Shown here piece by piece: positions 12,515-26,064 of a DNA stretch of 64,000 bases (positions are counted from its first letter, which is position 1; each line of letters opens with the position of its first letter). The DNA lies in contig NC_043007.1 in assembly GCF_006345805.1 (NCBI RefSeq), forward strand, positions 22,258,001 through 22,322,000. The letters are read 5' to 3'. Below the pieces are notes generated by a model. That model was not told the origin of the DNA. It did not search any database and saw only the letters and a list, made by a program, of their open reading frames with translations. A program made the position numbers and the translations under genes. This stretch comes from Octopus sinensis. Lineage: Eukaryota.

Positions 12515-13860
12515 GGACTTTTCGAATGTTTATCACAGAATCATGATCCTGCAGAGTAGCGTTTGTTTATTGACTCTTCAGAATAAAGCTTAAAAGCTGT
12601 ACTTCTCCATAATGGTAATTTGAAGCCCTCCATTCCTATTGCACACTCCGTTCATGAACCATATGAGAATATGGAACTTTTACTTCATGCCATTGCCGTT
12701 GAAAGATACTCATGAAAAATATGTGGAGGTTTAAAAGTCATTGGAATGTTAATGGGAATGCAGTCATGTTTCACAAATTACTGTTGTTTTTTGTGTCTGT
12801 GGGATAGTCGGGCAACTGACAGACAATGTTTGGAATCAAACTGGCAGACAAGAACATCATACCAGCCAGGACTGTCTAGCATCAAAAATACACCTCTTGT
12901 AGATCCTGTAATGTTCTATTGCCTCCTTTGCACATAAAGCTTGGACTGATGAAACGGTTTATAAAGACACTAAGGAAGAGAAATGTAAGAGGTTTTGAGT
13001 ATATTGTAGAAAAGTTTCCCAAAATCACACAGGCGAAGTTGAAAGAAGGTATCTTTGTCGGACCCCAAATTAGAGAAGTACTCAAATATGTCAACTTCAA
13101 GACAACACTGGATGAACTGGAACTGCCTGCCTGGACTGCTTTCAATTGGATCTATGAGAATTTCTTGGGCAACAAGAAGGCAATAGACTACAAGGATGGC
13201 ATCAAGAATCTTCTGAAATGTTACTCAGCAATGGGTTCACTTCTTGGACTCTCATCTGGATTTCTTCGCAGATAACCTTGGAACAGTGTCTGACGAACAT
13301 GGTGAAAGATTTCACCCAGACATTAATGCTATAGAGAAACGGTACCAAGGCTTCTGGAATGACACTATGTAAGTGTTATACAGTTTGAAGAAGTAACTAT
13401 TAAGTCAATCAATGCTTGTATGACACGTGTGAACGGAGATGGAAGTCTGACAGTTTTTACTGAGGGGAACAAAAATTGAATGAGATTTTCTCTTCTTTTT
13501 TTTTCTTTAGTGCGGGTTCTGGAATCTTGGGCACAATTTGGGTGACGAGGAGGGAAGGGTTATGTAATTGCAGAATCCAGATCAGGAACACCACAGGAAA
13601 TCCAAATCACAACGTTTCTAACTCTGTTGTTCAAACTTTAATGTTTTGTCTTACCTATTTTTTTGTGTATTCACTCTTTGTAGAACTCAATAAACTCGTT
13701 TTCTTTCTAAAAGTAACATGTGCTTATTTATTACGTTAATGATTTCATATATACAAATATGTAAATATTTGCATGTATCTACTGAAAACCTGACACTTGC
13801 TGCATACAAATGGAATGAAATTTTGAAATCAGCATAAAAAATTAGTCTCGAAAAGCTGGT
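12515..13860 (+). mobile_element. Chapaev3/CMC-type DNA transposon relic with transposase pseudogene (12515-13370)
   Basis: Reads RLFIDSSE*SLKAVLLHNGN, CFLCLWDSRA, LPPLHIKLGLMK, KEGIFVGPQIR, NFLGNKK and HLDFFADNLGTVSDEHGERFHPDI across frameshifts. The family name is from recall of this motif set. Confidence 0.75.
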
Positions 13861-14029
13861 TTGCATTCATAATGAGCGTAACACGTTTAATCAAACCTGA
13901 AAAGATAGTATGTGGTATTTTTGTGGCTGAGGTGACCATGGTCGGGACAAATAGGTTATCTCCCTGCGGTGTTTGTGAATTGTTCTGCATTAGATTCGGT
14001 AAACAAGTTCTGTTTGGGATATTGCTGCT

Positions 14030-14086
14030 GCTGCTAATACTTCTGCTACCACCACCACCACCACCACCACCACCACCACCACTACC

Positions 14087-14118
<32 letters not shown>

Positions 14119-14120
14119 CA

Positions 14121-14214
<94 letters not shown>

Positions 14215-14395
14215 GCCACTGCCACTGCTGCAACTACTGTCACGCCCTCCCCATCACCACCACTTTTGCTACTATTCCACCACCACCACACCACCACCAC
14301 CACCATTACTACTACTACCACCACTGCCACTACTGCAACTACTGTCACGCCCCTCCCATCACCACCACTTTTGCTACTATCACCACCACCACCAA

Positions 14396-14437
<42 letters not shown>

Positions 14438-14660
14438 CACCACCACCACCACCACTGCCACTGCCACTGTTGCTACTACTGTCACCCCCCCATCACCACC
14501 ACTTTTGCTACTATCACCACCACCACCACCACTACAATAGCCACTATCATCACCACTACCAGTACCACTACCATCACAACTACTACTACCACCACCACCA
14601 CCACCAGTATTTCTGCCATCCCACCACCACCCTCCTACTGCTACCAGTGCCACCACTGTT
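14030..14660. repeat. Compound (CAC)/(TAC) trinucleotide tract with a higher-order repeated block
   Basis: The block actgtcac.ccc..ccatcaccaccacttttgctacta recurs three times within the triplet runs. Confidence 0.9.
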
Positions 14661-14844
14661 ATGAATAAAAAACAATGAAGATCAGGATGTTGATGATAAC
14701 GATTGTTTGTTTGTTTTCTTCTAATTTACTCAAGGGCAACACCAACACCAACACCAAAATTATTCATGTACACTGTCGTAAACAAATTGTAACCAATACG
14801 TTATGTATGTATAAACACAGACCTGTACACACACATGCGCGCAC

Positions 14845-14880
<36 letters not shown>

Positions 14881-15027
14881 TGACTCAGCTACACAATACA
14901 ATTAGCCCTGCATTATGTCTGTAGATAGACAAACTCTTCTGTATGTATGTATGTATATATGTATAGATATTACATATGTATGTACATACACACACATATA
15001 TATACATACATATATATATATATACAT

Positions 15028-15245
15028 ATGTGATCTCATGTGTACTGTTGGTGATTTTTTTTCCTCTGTCTTCCCTTCTCGGGATCTTTCCTTCTCCTAT
15101 GTTTCCGACGAAGAGCTCCGCTCGAAACGTTAAACCCTCCTTCTTTCCTTCTTCCCTGAGTGTCCAATAATACTATATTTGTTCCACGTCCTCGCGTTGT
15201 TGTTTTTTTGTGTGTTTTTTGTGTTTTCTTGTTTGGATTAACTAT
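15028..15245 (+). mobile_element. Short (TA)n-flanked Penelope-derived/retrozyme-like unit, family B
   Basis: Homologous to the tandem units at 56745-57219; carries a hammerhead-like motif. Confidence 0.65.
15101..15135 (+). ncRNA. Minimal type-I hammerhead-like motif, CCGACGA core
   Basis: gttt-CCGACGA-A-GAGC(TCC)GCTC-GAAA-CG-T-T-aaac: stem I gttt/aaac, palindromic ACGU stem III, GUU triplet. Confidence 0.6.
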
Positions 15246-16703
15246 ATATATATATATTTGTTATTCTACCAAATATATATGTTTTATTTATTATTTTGCA
15301 CATTACTTAATCATCGTTATATTTTTTATTTTATATTAAATTTTTCTATAATATGTAATTTTCTAGATGGTGTAATTTAATTTTTCATTATTGAATTGAT
15401 AAAAAGTGGTTTTTTTCTAATTTATATATATGTATATATATACACACATGTGGAGGCACAATGGCCCAGTGGTTAGGGTAGTGGACTTGCGGTCGTAGGA
15501 TCGCGGTTTCGATTCCCAGACCGGGCGTTATGAGTGTTTATTGAGCAAAAAACACCTAAAGCTCCATGAGGCTCTGGCAGGGTGTGGTGGTGATCCCTGC
15601 TGTATAGCCTCAAGCCGACCAAAGCCTTGTGAGTGGATTTGGTAAACAGAAACTGAAGGAAGCCCATCGTATATATGTATATATGTCAGTGTGGAGGCGC
15701 AATGGCCCAGAGGTTAGGGCAGCGGACTCGCGGTCATAGGATCGCGGTTTCGATTCCCAGACCGGGCGTTGTGAGTGTTTATTGAGCGAAAACACCTAAA
15801 AGCTCCACGAGGCTCCGCAGGGGATGGTGGTGATCCCTGCTGTACTCTTTCACCACAACTTTCTCTCACTCTTTCTTCTGTTGGCCAGTGGGGTGGCGTC
15901 ATTTGAAGGCTAAAACAATGCGAAGCGCATTGCGACCAGCGATGTGTAGCAACATCTGATAGCTTGGTCGATCACGGTGATCATGGTGATATGTATACAC
16001 ATACATGGTATATATATCATTACCATCATCATCATTTATTGTCTGTTGTCCATGCTGGCATGGGTTAGACCCATGTATGAACTTGTATACATACATCATC
16101 ATCATCATTATCATCATCATCATTTAACGTCTGCTTTCCATGCTGGCATGAGTTGGATGGTTTGACTGAAGATTGGCAAGCAGAGAAGCTGCACCGTGCT
16201 CCAATCTGATTTAGCAAGCTTCACAGCTGGATGCCCATCCAACACCAACCACTTCAAGAGTGTAGTGGGTGCTTCTTACATGCCACTGGCACAGGTGCCA
16301 GTCAGGTAGCACTGGCATCGGCCATGCTTGAATGGTGCTTTTTATATGCCATCAGCACGGGACCCAGTTAGGTCGCACTGTTCTAATGGTGCTTTTTACG
16401 TGCCACTAGCGCGTGTGCCAGTCATCGGCCACGACTATAATTTCACTTGGTTCAACAAGTCTTCACAGGCACAGCATATTGCCCAACGATTACTTTTTAC
16501 TCTCTTTTACTCTTTTACTTGTTTCAGTCAGTTGACTGCGGCCATGCTGGAGCACTGCCTTTAGTCGAGCAACCGACCCCGGAACTATTCTTTGTAGCCC
16601 AGTACTATTCCATCGGTCTCTTTGCCGAACCGCTAAGTGATGGGAATAAACACACCAGCATAGGTTGTCAAGCAATGCTAGGGGGACAAACACAGACACA
16701 CAA

Positions 16704-16736
<33 letters not shown>

Positions 16737-16929
16737 CATATATATGACAGGCTTCTTTCAGTTTCCGTCTACCAAATCCACTCACAAGGCTTTGGTCAGA
16801 CCGAGGCTATAGTAGAAGACACTTGCCCAAGGTGCCACGCAGTGGGTTTGAACCTGGAACCATGTGGTTGGTAAGCAAGCTACTTACCACACAGCCACTC
16901 CTGCGCCATTTAAATGGGACAGTTATGCC

Positions 16930-17300
16930 ACATTGGCATAGGCCATGGTTACGGTCTCACTTGGCTTGCTGGGTGTCCTCAAGCACAGAACATCTCCAAA
17001 GGTCTCGGTCACTTGTCATTGCCTTTGTGAGGCCCAACATTCAAAGGTCGTTCTTCACCACCTCATCCCATGTCTTCTTGGGTCTTCCTCTTCCACAGGT
17101 TCCCTCCACTGTTAGGGTATGACACTTCTCCACAGAGCCATCTTCATTTGTATGTAACACATGACACTTCCAGCACAGTCCATCTCTCTTGCATGCCACA
17201 TCTGATGCTTCTTATGTCCAACTTTTCTCTCAGAGTGCTTACGCTCTGTCGTGCATTGCACACTGACATTACACATCCAGTGGAGCATACTAGCTTCATA
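16930..17300 (-). mobile_element. RTE LINE ORF C-terminal fragment
   Basis: EASMLHWMCNVSV is homologous to EASMLRWMCNVSV in 61430-61747. Confidence 0.8.
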
Positions 17301-17383
17301 AATATATATACACACACTCATACGTCGGTAATAAGGATTAAAAGTGGGGAACATTGATCTGACAAGAAACTGAAAGAAACCTA

Positions 17384-17417
<34 letters not shown>

Positions 17418-18846
17418 ACGTTTGCATGTACACACACACACACATTACACATATTGGATTTCACTCTGGAAGAGGGGGATACTTGGAAATTCTAACCACC
17501 AATGGACATATTACCCTCTCCCACCTCAAGTCAAACTGAAGCGTTGGTCATTTTACCCACACCGTATTTACTATACTTATGTGGAGGTGCGTGGCTTAGT
17601 GGTTAGGGTGTCAGCATCACGATCGTAAGATTATGATTTCGATTCCTGGACTGGGCGACGCGTTGTGTTCTTGAGCGAAACACTTCATTTCACGTTGCTC
17701 CAGTCCACTCAGCTGGCAAAAATGAGTAACGCTGTGATGGACCGGTGTCCTGTCCAGCTGGGGAACACATACACCATAGAAACCGGGAAACCAATCCCAT
17801 GAGCCTGGCTAGGCTTTAAAAGGGTGCATTTATTATTTATTTACTATACTCTTTACTCTCTTTACTTGTTTCAGTCATTTGACTGTGGCCATGCTGGAGC
17901 ACCACCTTTTAGTCGAGCAAATTGATCCCAGGACTTATTCTTTGTAAGCCTAGTACTTATTCTATCGGTCTCTTTTGCCGAACCACTAAGTTACGGGAAC
18001 GTAAACACACCAGCATCGGTTGTCAAGCGATGTGGGGGTACAAACATATACACATACTGGCTTCTTTCAGTTTCCGTCTACCAAATCCACTCACAAAGCT
18101 TAGGTCAGCCCGAGGCTATAGAAGAAGACACTTGCCCAAGGTGCCACGCAGCGGGACTGAACCCGGAACCATGTGGTTCGTAAGCAAGCTACTTACCACA
18201 CAGCCACTCCCACGCCTATACTTACCTACTTTACATAAAAATTAACTATTCCGTTTACACTTTTTGTCTGTGTGTCCATGAGGTACTTTATGAAAAATTA
18301 TTTGACTTCAATTCCTTCATCTTAGAGCAGCACTCTACTATCTCTTTCACAATAGGCCATCAGAGGGATTTTACATGCCACTTCTTGCAAAAGAAAGGAA
18401 GTAGGGTATTCTATGCAATGTACTTGGATGGCAGCCAGGTTTGTCTAAAACCTATAACAGCTATTTGACATAAATTCTGCAGATTACAGTTCCATGAATT
18501 AGTGCTTAGAATTAGTGTTTGGCTAAAGTTTTTTTTTCTTCTGCTAGTTTCAGGTTTCATCCTGAATATATCTAACTAAAAGTACAACCATACCTGAAAA
18601 GCTTATTCTGTACAAATAGCACTCTCTGTAGCAGTGCCAGACCAGGATTTTTAGAAGTCATCAATAGTCTTTGATTGGAAATTCCTTTTGGGAAGAGTCT
18701 TTTATACATTCAAAGCAGTATACCCCAGGGTATCATTGCTTGTACCCTTCACTAGCAAAGATAAATATTGCACTGACCATATTGTTTTACTGTAAAAAGT
18801 AAAGATTAAGTAAATTACAAAAATAATATAATGTATATAACAGGTA

Positions 18847-18920
<74 letters not shown>

Positions 18921-19593
18921 CTTTACTACCCACAAGGGGCTAAACATAGAGGGGACAAACAAGAACAGACAAAGGGATTAAGTCGATTACATCGACCCCA
19001 GTGCGTAACTGGTACTTAATTTATCGACCCCGAAAGGATGAAAGGCAAAGTCAACCTCGGCGGAATTTGAACTCGGAACGTAACGACAGACGAAATACTG
19101 CTACGAATTTCGCCCAGCGTGCTAACGTTTCTACCAGCTCGCCGCCTATATATATATATATCAGCCTCATCTGGCACCTGTGTCGGTGGCACATAAAAAC
19201 ACCATCCGAGCGTGGCGTTCGCCAGCCTTGTCTGGCATGTGTTGGTGGCACATAAAATCACCCACTACACTCTCGGAGTGGTGGCGTTAGGAAGGGCATC
19301 AAGCTGGTAGGAAACCCTGCCAGATCTGACTGGGCCTGGTGCAGCCTTCGGGCTCCTCAGACCCAGTTGAACCGTCCAACCCATGATAGCATGGAAAGCG
19401 GACGTTAAATGATGATGATGATGATATATACCGGAGTGAGTACACACATAAATGTGAAACAATGGTAGAAAAAACGAGTACTCAACACAGGGTAGAGTAT
19501 AGTAATATGCTTTATTAAAGCAGCAGAAAATTCAACAAAAACTGTCTCTGAGTTTCCCGTTTCCGTTTGTCGGACAGTTTTTGCAAAATAAAG

Positions 19594-19653
<60 letters not shown>

Positions 19654-20197
19654 TAAATGTTCTACTATATTAAATTGAGAAGAGTCTTTTATACATTCAA
19701 AGCAGTATACCCCAGGGTATCATTGCTTGTACCCTTCACTAGCAAAGATAAATATTGCACTGACCATATTGTTTTACTGGTAATGAGCTGTGAGCGCTTG
19801 GCAATACTCCAGCTGCCAAGTAAGAATTCTTGATCTGCCTTTAATCTAGGATTACAGTTTAGTATAAAAGATTTAATTTCTGGATAAATATGTCTGACAA
19901 CCAAACAGCATCTGCTTACCATTCAAGATTCTCCATGGCTTCTGTCTATCATCCATGAACGACACACTATATTTGTATTTCATTAACTCTCTTTTGCTCT
20001 TTTACTTGTTTCAGTCATCTGACTGTGGCCATGCTGGAGCACCGCCTTTAGTTGAGCAAATCGACCCCGGGACTTATTCTATTGGTCTCTTTGCCAAACC
20101 GCTAAGTTATGGGGACGTAAACACACCAGCATCGGTTGTCAAGCGATGTTGGGGGGACAAACACAGACAAACAAACATATACAGACATGCATACATA

Positions 20198-20312
<115 letters not shown>

Positions 20313-22184
20313 CATATATACATACATACATATATACGACGGGCTTCTTCAGTTTCCGTCTACCAAATCCACTCACAAGGCTTTGTGTAGGGTCCGAAGC
20401 TATAGTAGAAGGTGCCATGCAGTGGGGCTGAACCCGGAACCATGTGGTTGGTAAGCAAGCTACTTACCACACAGCCACTCTTACGCCTATACTCCTTGAC
20501 AATGTAATTGAATTTCATGGTCGTTACCGTAATGATGTTAATTATTCACTAAAACAAAAAACAAAAACGAAAAAAAAATTTAGAATTGGTATTTTCTGCA
20601 ATGCTTTATCAATATTTCCTGTAGGTACTGTTTTTATATCCACCACTAAAATACCTTAATTCTTGTGTTATTAAGAGATATTTAGTGAAATGAAGGTGGA
20701 GGTGTGGCTGTGTGGTAAGAAGCTGGCTTCCCGACCACATGGTTCTGAGTTCAGTCTCACTGTGTGGCACCTTGGCTATCTTCTACAGTAGCCTTGGGTT
20801 GACCAAAGCGTTGTGAGTGGATTTGGTAGACAGAAACTGAAAGAAGCCTGTTGTATATATGTGTGTGTGTGTGTGTTTGTGTGTGTAGATCTATGCATGT
20901 GCGTGTTTCTGTGTTGGTGTGTTTATGTCCCCATTGCTTAGCAGTTCAACAAAAGAGACTGATAAACTAAGTACTAGGCTTAAGAAATAAGTCCTGGGAT
21001 CGATTTGTTTCACTGGGGCTCTAGTATGGTCACAATCAAATCATCATCATCATCATTTAACGTCTGTTTTCCATGCTAGTATGGGTTGGACAGTTCGACC
21101 GGGTTTGGGAAGCCAGGAGGCTGCACCAGGCTCCGGTCTGATCTGGCAGTGTTTCTACAGCTGGATGCCCTTCCTAATGCCAACCACTCCATGAGTGTAG
21201 TGGGTGCTTTTTACGTGCTACCGGCACAGGTGCCAGGGGAGGTTGGCAACGGCCACGATCGGTTGGTGCTTTTTACATGCCACCCGCACAGAAGCCAGTC
21301 AAGGCAGTGCTGGCATTGTCCACGTTCGGATGGTGCTTTTTACAAGAATAAAAATATGTGAAAAAATTCAGAAAATCTGACAAATTATCTTTTGTAAAAG
21401 CATCTCTGAAGGTGTCTTCACTTCCCACAGCAAAAGAAAAGCGGATGTTAAATGATGATGATGATGATTGTAATCAACTGTGTGATGTATCAAAGGAGCC
21501 ATTCATCATCACCTCTCCTTTGCACAGTCATTCTACAATGCCCTTCCTAATGCCAACCACTTTACAGAGGGTGCTGGGTGCTTTTCCTGCAGTGTCAGCA
21601 CAAGCGCTTATTCACATGGACCTCAGCATAGGTATTTCTTTACATGGTGCCGGAACAAGTGCTGTAAATTATCCAGAAATTCCAAAAATAATTCTGTCAT
21701 TATTATTTTGTTTGAAACAAATTAACATGAAACTTTGATTGAAAATTTTTTTTAGATGATTTTGTAACTGGAAATTTGTTGCAGAACTAGGAGTGGTCTC
21801 AGGTGGGTTAATATCGCTTTCAAATTTTGGCACAAGGCCAGCAATTTTGAGGGAGGGGATAAATCGATTACATTGACCCCAGTGCTCAATTGATACTTAT
21901 TTTATTGACCCCGAAAGGATGAAATGCCCTCGGTGGAATTTGAACTTGGAATGTAAAGATGGACAAAATGCCACTAGGTATTTTTCTCAGCATGCTAACA
22001 ATTCTGCCAGCTTGCCACTTTTGATTTATTAATTTCAAAAGAGTTAATGTACTAGCCATAACTTTTAAAATATAAGATGGTCATGGCCGGACTGCCTTTG
22101 ATCACAGGTCTGTTTGATGGGGGTTGACCTGGCACTAAAACGCAGCAACACTTCAATGATGTTATATCTTTTTTTTTTCCCTAG

Positions 22185-22299
22185 GTTATGTCCCAGTGCA
22201 AGATTTCCTGTTTAATGCACTGAAAGACAGATTCCACGATTACGAGTATGGACAAAAGTTCTTTGTTGATGAGGAACAAAATTCCAACTTTGTACTTGG
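22185..22299 (+). CDS. ASPG: ASPG first visible coding exon: (G)[37 protein letters not shown](G)
   Basis: Strong polypyrimidine tract plus ctag acceptor; gtgagt donor; phase 2 end joins the exon at 35946 to make GGA; RFHD matches the MFHD segment of ASPG-family proteins. Confidence 0.8.
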
Positions 22300-24310
22300 G
22301 TGAGTAATTCTATGATTTCTGAAAATTACATTGTCTTCATTACATCTACTTTTCCATGTATGCATAGATCAGAAGGGATTCACCAAGGGGGGATTTTTCT
22401 GTGGCTGGATGCTCTTCCTGTCACAAACCATCCCCTGTTTCCAAGAAGTATTTTCGTCATTGTTCGAGACAACTTCATCAGACAACACTGCTCATGTGAT
22501 GGTGATGTTTCTTTACAATTTAGTTGCTATGCCAAGACAAAGGGACAGAAACGCACGCATGCACACACACACACAAACATGCGCGCACACACACACTCAC
22601 ATGCATGCACATACACACAGTCACTCGCACACAATGAATTTCTTCTCAGTTTGTGTCTACCAAATTCACTATTAATTAGATATCAATGTCTGTGTAAAGA
22701 ATTAAAATGTGTGTGGTATTGATAGACCCCTGCCATGTGTTTATGCCTGTCTTTATCTATTTATCTTTATATATCTATTTTATATATATCTATCGGGTGT
22801 AACATTATCTCCGTCCAATCAAAAAATAGACATTTTGCCATTTATAGATATAGAGATTTTAAGCAAATATTTAGAAATTCTCTGGGAAACTGGAAAATCC
22901 AGAAATCCGGGACAGTTCCGGTCCTAAATTGGATAAATTGGTCTGGTACAGTATTGAGGTGTGATACATAACGAAGGGAGGGAAATGCAGAGCTTTAAAG
23001 AGTTATTTCCCTTGCTATGGTTTAATATCTTTAGATTAAACTCCTGGATTAAGTGAGTTACATCCCTTGTATTAAAGACCTTTGTTACCTGAAACATAAG
23101 GGGTCGGTTTATCGATTTTTTAAAAATGGCTTTCAGGGGTAAGTGGGAAATGAGAAGATCTTCACAACCACCTTGGACGGTTTTGATTGACCATAGAAAG
23201 TGCGAGCCCTCTAACTGAAAAATTGTGGATTTGTATAAAGGATACATACACACACAGACATTTTGCCATTTATATATAGAGAGATGTTGAGAGAGAGAGA
23301 GAAAGAGACAGACAGACAGATGCATACAAGGGGGTGCTGAAAATTTCCTGGTTTTAAGGGTATTGTGAAAGGCTTGTTTTTCCAAGTTCTTTTACAGGGC
23401 TTAGAAAAAGCTGAAGGACCTCTGCAATAAGTGTGTGAATCTGAGCTGGGAATATGTTCAATAAAATCATAATTAATTGACCCTTCTGTATTTTCTTTTA
23501 CCCAAAGTCAGGGACTTTTCAGCACCCCCTTATATATGTATGTATATATAATGGCATAAAATCAGGAGGGAAGGGAGGTGAGTACAGATTTATCATCTCA
23601 ATGGAATTTATATGTGGTAACAGCTGTTTCATAATATTTCATAATAATGTGATATTATTAATTTCAACATTCAAAATTAATACATAAATTTTACATCAAT
23701 ATGTATATTTAGCTTAGCATTGTATGATAGAACTGTATATTACATGAAGATGAATAATGGAGAAAAGTAACTCCCCTAATCATTTATATATATACCTATA
23801 CAATTGGATAAAACTTTTCAAAAAATTTTTATCAAAGGCCAGCATATTAAAAAATACCTTTAAAGGTTAAATTTATAAACAACTTATAAACAAGGGCAAA
23901 AGAAAAAAATTTCTAATGCCAAATATGCTGAAACTAGACACATCGTCCATAACCATATAATTCATCACTATAAGCATGTGTCTCAAAGAAAGCCGACAGA
24001 AATTTCTAAAAAATTCCGTTATTATCATATGGGACCCAATTTCAAAGTTAGTTCATAAGAACCTTCTCTTCATCAGTGATAAATGGGGCAAAGAAATAAA
24101 TGAAATACTTATTCATACCCATGGAAAAGATACATGCTTATAGTGATAAATTATATGGTTATGGACGATGTGTCTAGTTTTGGCATATTTGGTATTAGAA
24201 ATTTTTTTCTTTTGCCGTTGTTTATAAGTTATATATATATATATATTGGAATATCATGGATGCATTCATGATTCAACTCTGTTCAACACCTACAGAACCC
24301 TTCTTTTTAG

Positions 24311-24341
<31 letters not shown>

Positions 24342-25755
24342 ATAATATCTTTGGTTGAGTCAGTCTCTTGTTAATCTGAATTCCACCTGTATGCACGCAG
24401 AATCTTCTTCGACAAATTATTGGTTCATTAACTTGCTTTCCCTGACCTTCAAGAGTGTTGTTATGTCATATATATGTATATAGCGATATAATATACTATC
24501 ATATATATATATATGAATATTATATAATATATATATTGTGTGTGTTGTTGTATACATATATAATTATATATATAATAATCAAAATAAGCAACAAGGATAT
24601 CCAAGGAAGTGTAGTACAATCATTTTTATATGGGATTGAAAAAAATTCTATATATCTAGGGAAATTATTTGGTTCATCTTGATTACCTTCCTTCTATTAC
24701 TTTTTAATATATCTTATTGACTCCTGATATATGTGCTAAATTGATTAGGTTCTTTTTTTACTGTTAGTAAATATTATGTCTAGAATATTCTTTTAATTTA
24801 ACTCATTAATAAAATAAATCACTATTTATTAACTAACTATGATTCTATATTAATAGAAATGGATATATATATTTATATAAATATGAAATGATTTCTATAT
24901 TTTCTATCCCTATATAAGATACTAAAATTTATTGGAATCCTTTGCAAAATTATCTAAAGGATATTTATTTCAAATTCACAAGCAGAATTATGGCTGTTAA
25001 ATGGTAAGGGACATTGAAAACCTCTAGAACATTAGTAGTCTCTATTCTCCCTACCCAACTAACTTCAGCCTACTAACTATTGCTATAATACACTCAAATA
25101 TGTCTAAGTTAAATTCCTCAAAATGAGGATGGATTTATGGCTTTGACATTTGTATTAGACCTTCCTCTATCTATAAATAGAAAAATTCTTCTTTGTCTCC
25201 ATTGAACCAAGTCTAGAAACCCCTTCCCCACTAAGACTAGAAGCCCCTTCCCCACTAAATAACAAAGTGAACTCAGGGATAAAAAATCCACAGATGGAGA
25301 ACAACATACTACCACCATGTTCTTATTGATGAAATTAACCTCTCTGTCTATATATCTACACTTTTTGTAATGTTGGTAAATGAAATAAGTATAAAAATGT
25401 GCATTGTCCGTTTAATTAAAAAATTCTTTATGTGGCTGAAGATTGCTCGACATTTTAAAAATGATGTAGTACTTACAGTGTTTAATAAAATGAAGTAGCA
25501 TGAAACGATTGTATTACACTACCTTGGATATCCATGTTGCTTATTTTGATTATAATCACCCCATTTGATTTATATGGATAATACCATACAAAATTCTGGT
25601 GCCTTTAACTTAAGTACCATATTCATCTAATTATACATATACATATACATGTATATATATATATTTTTATAAATATATATATATATATATAGAGGAGAGA
25701 GAGATAGATAGATAGAGATAGATAGATAGATATATCATATATATCTATATATTAT

Positions 25756-25834
<79 letters not shown>

Positions 25835-26026
25835 CACACATATATATATAATTATGGTATAATTATAAACAGGGCAAATTTTAGCCATTTCTCTGCAGAC
25901 TGAAAAAGGATGAACAACCTAATCAATGTTTGACCCTTATTATGTTCATCATCAGAGGTGTCCACATCATTCTGACAATCTCCAGAGAAACAAGCACCCA
26001 AACTGTTTATATACTCAACAAATGCA

Positions 26027-26064
<38 letters not shown>

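Noticed and set aside
13872-14664. 222-aa and 132-aa Pro/Thr/His-rich ORFs
   Set aside because: Trinucleotide microsatellite; no splice or domain support.
15688-15770. tRNA gene-like sequence (also at 12090, 27118, 63041)
   Set aside because: A and B boxes run straight into a conserved SINE body; these are SINE heads, not tRNA genes.
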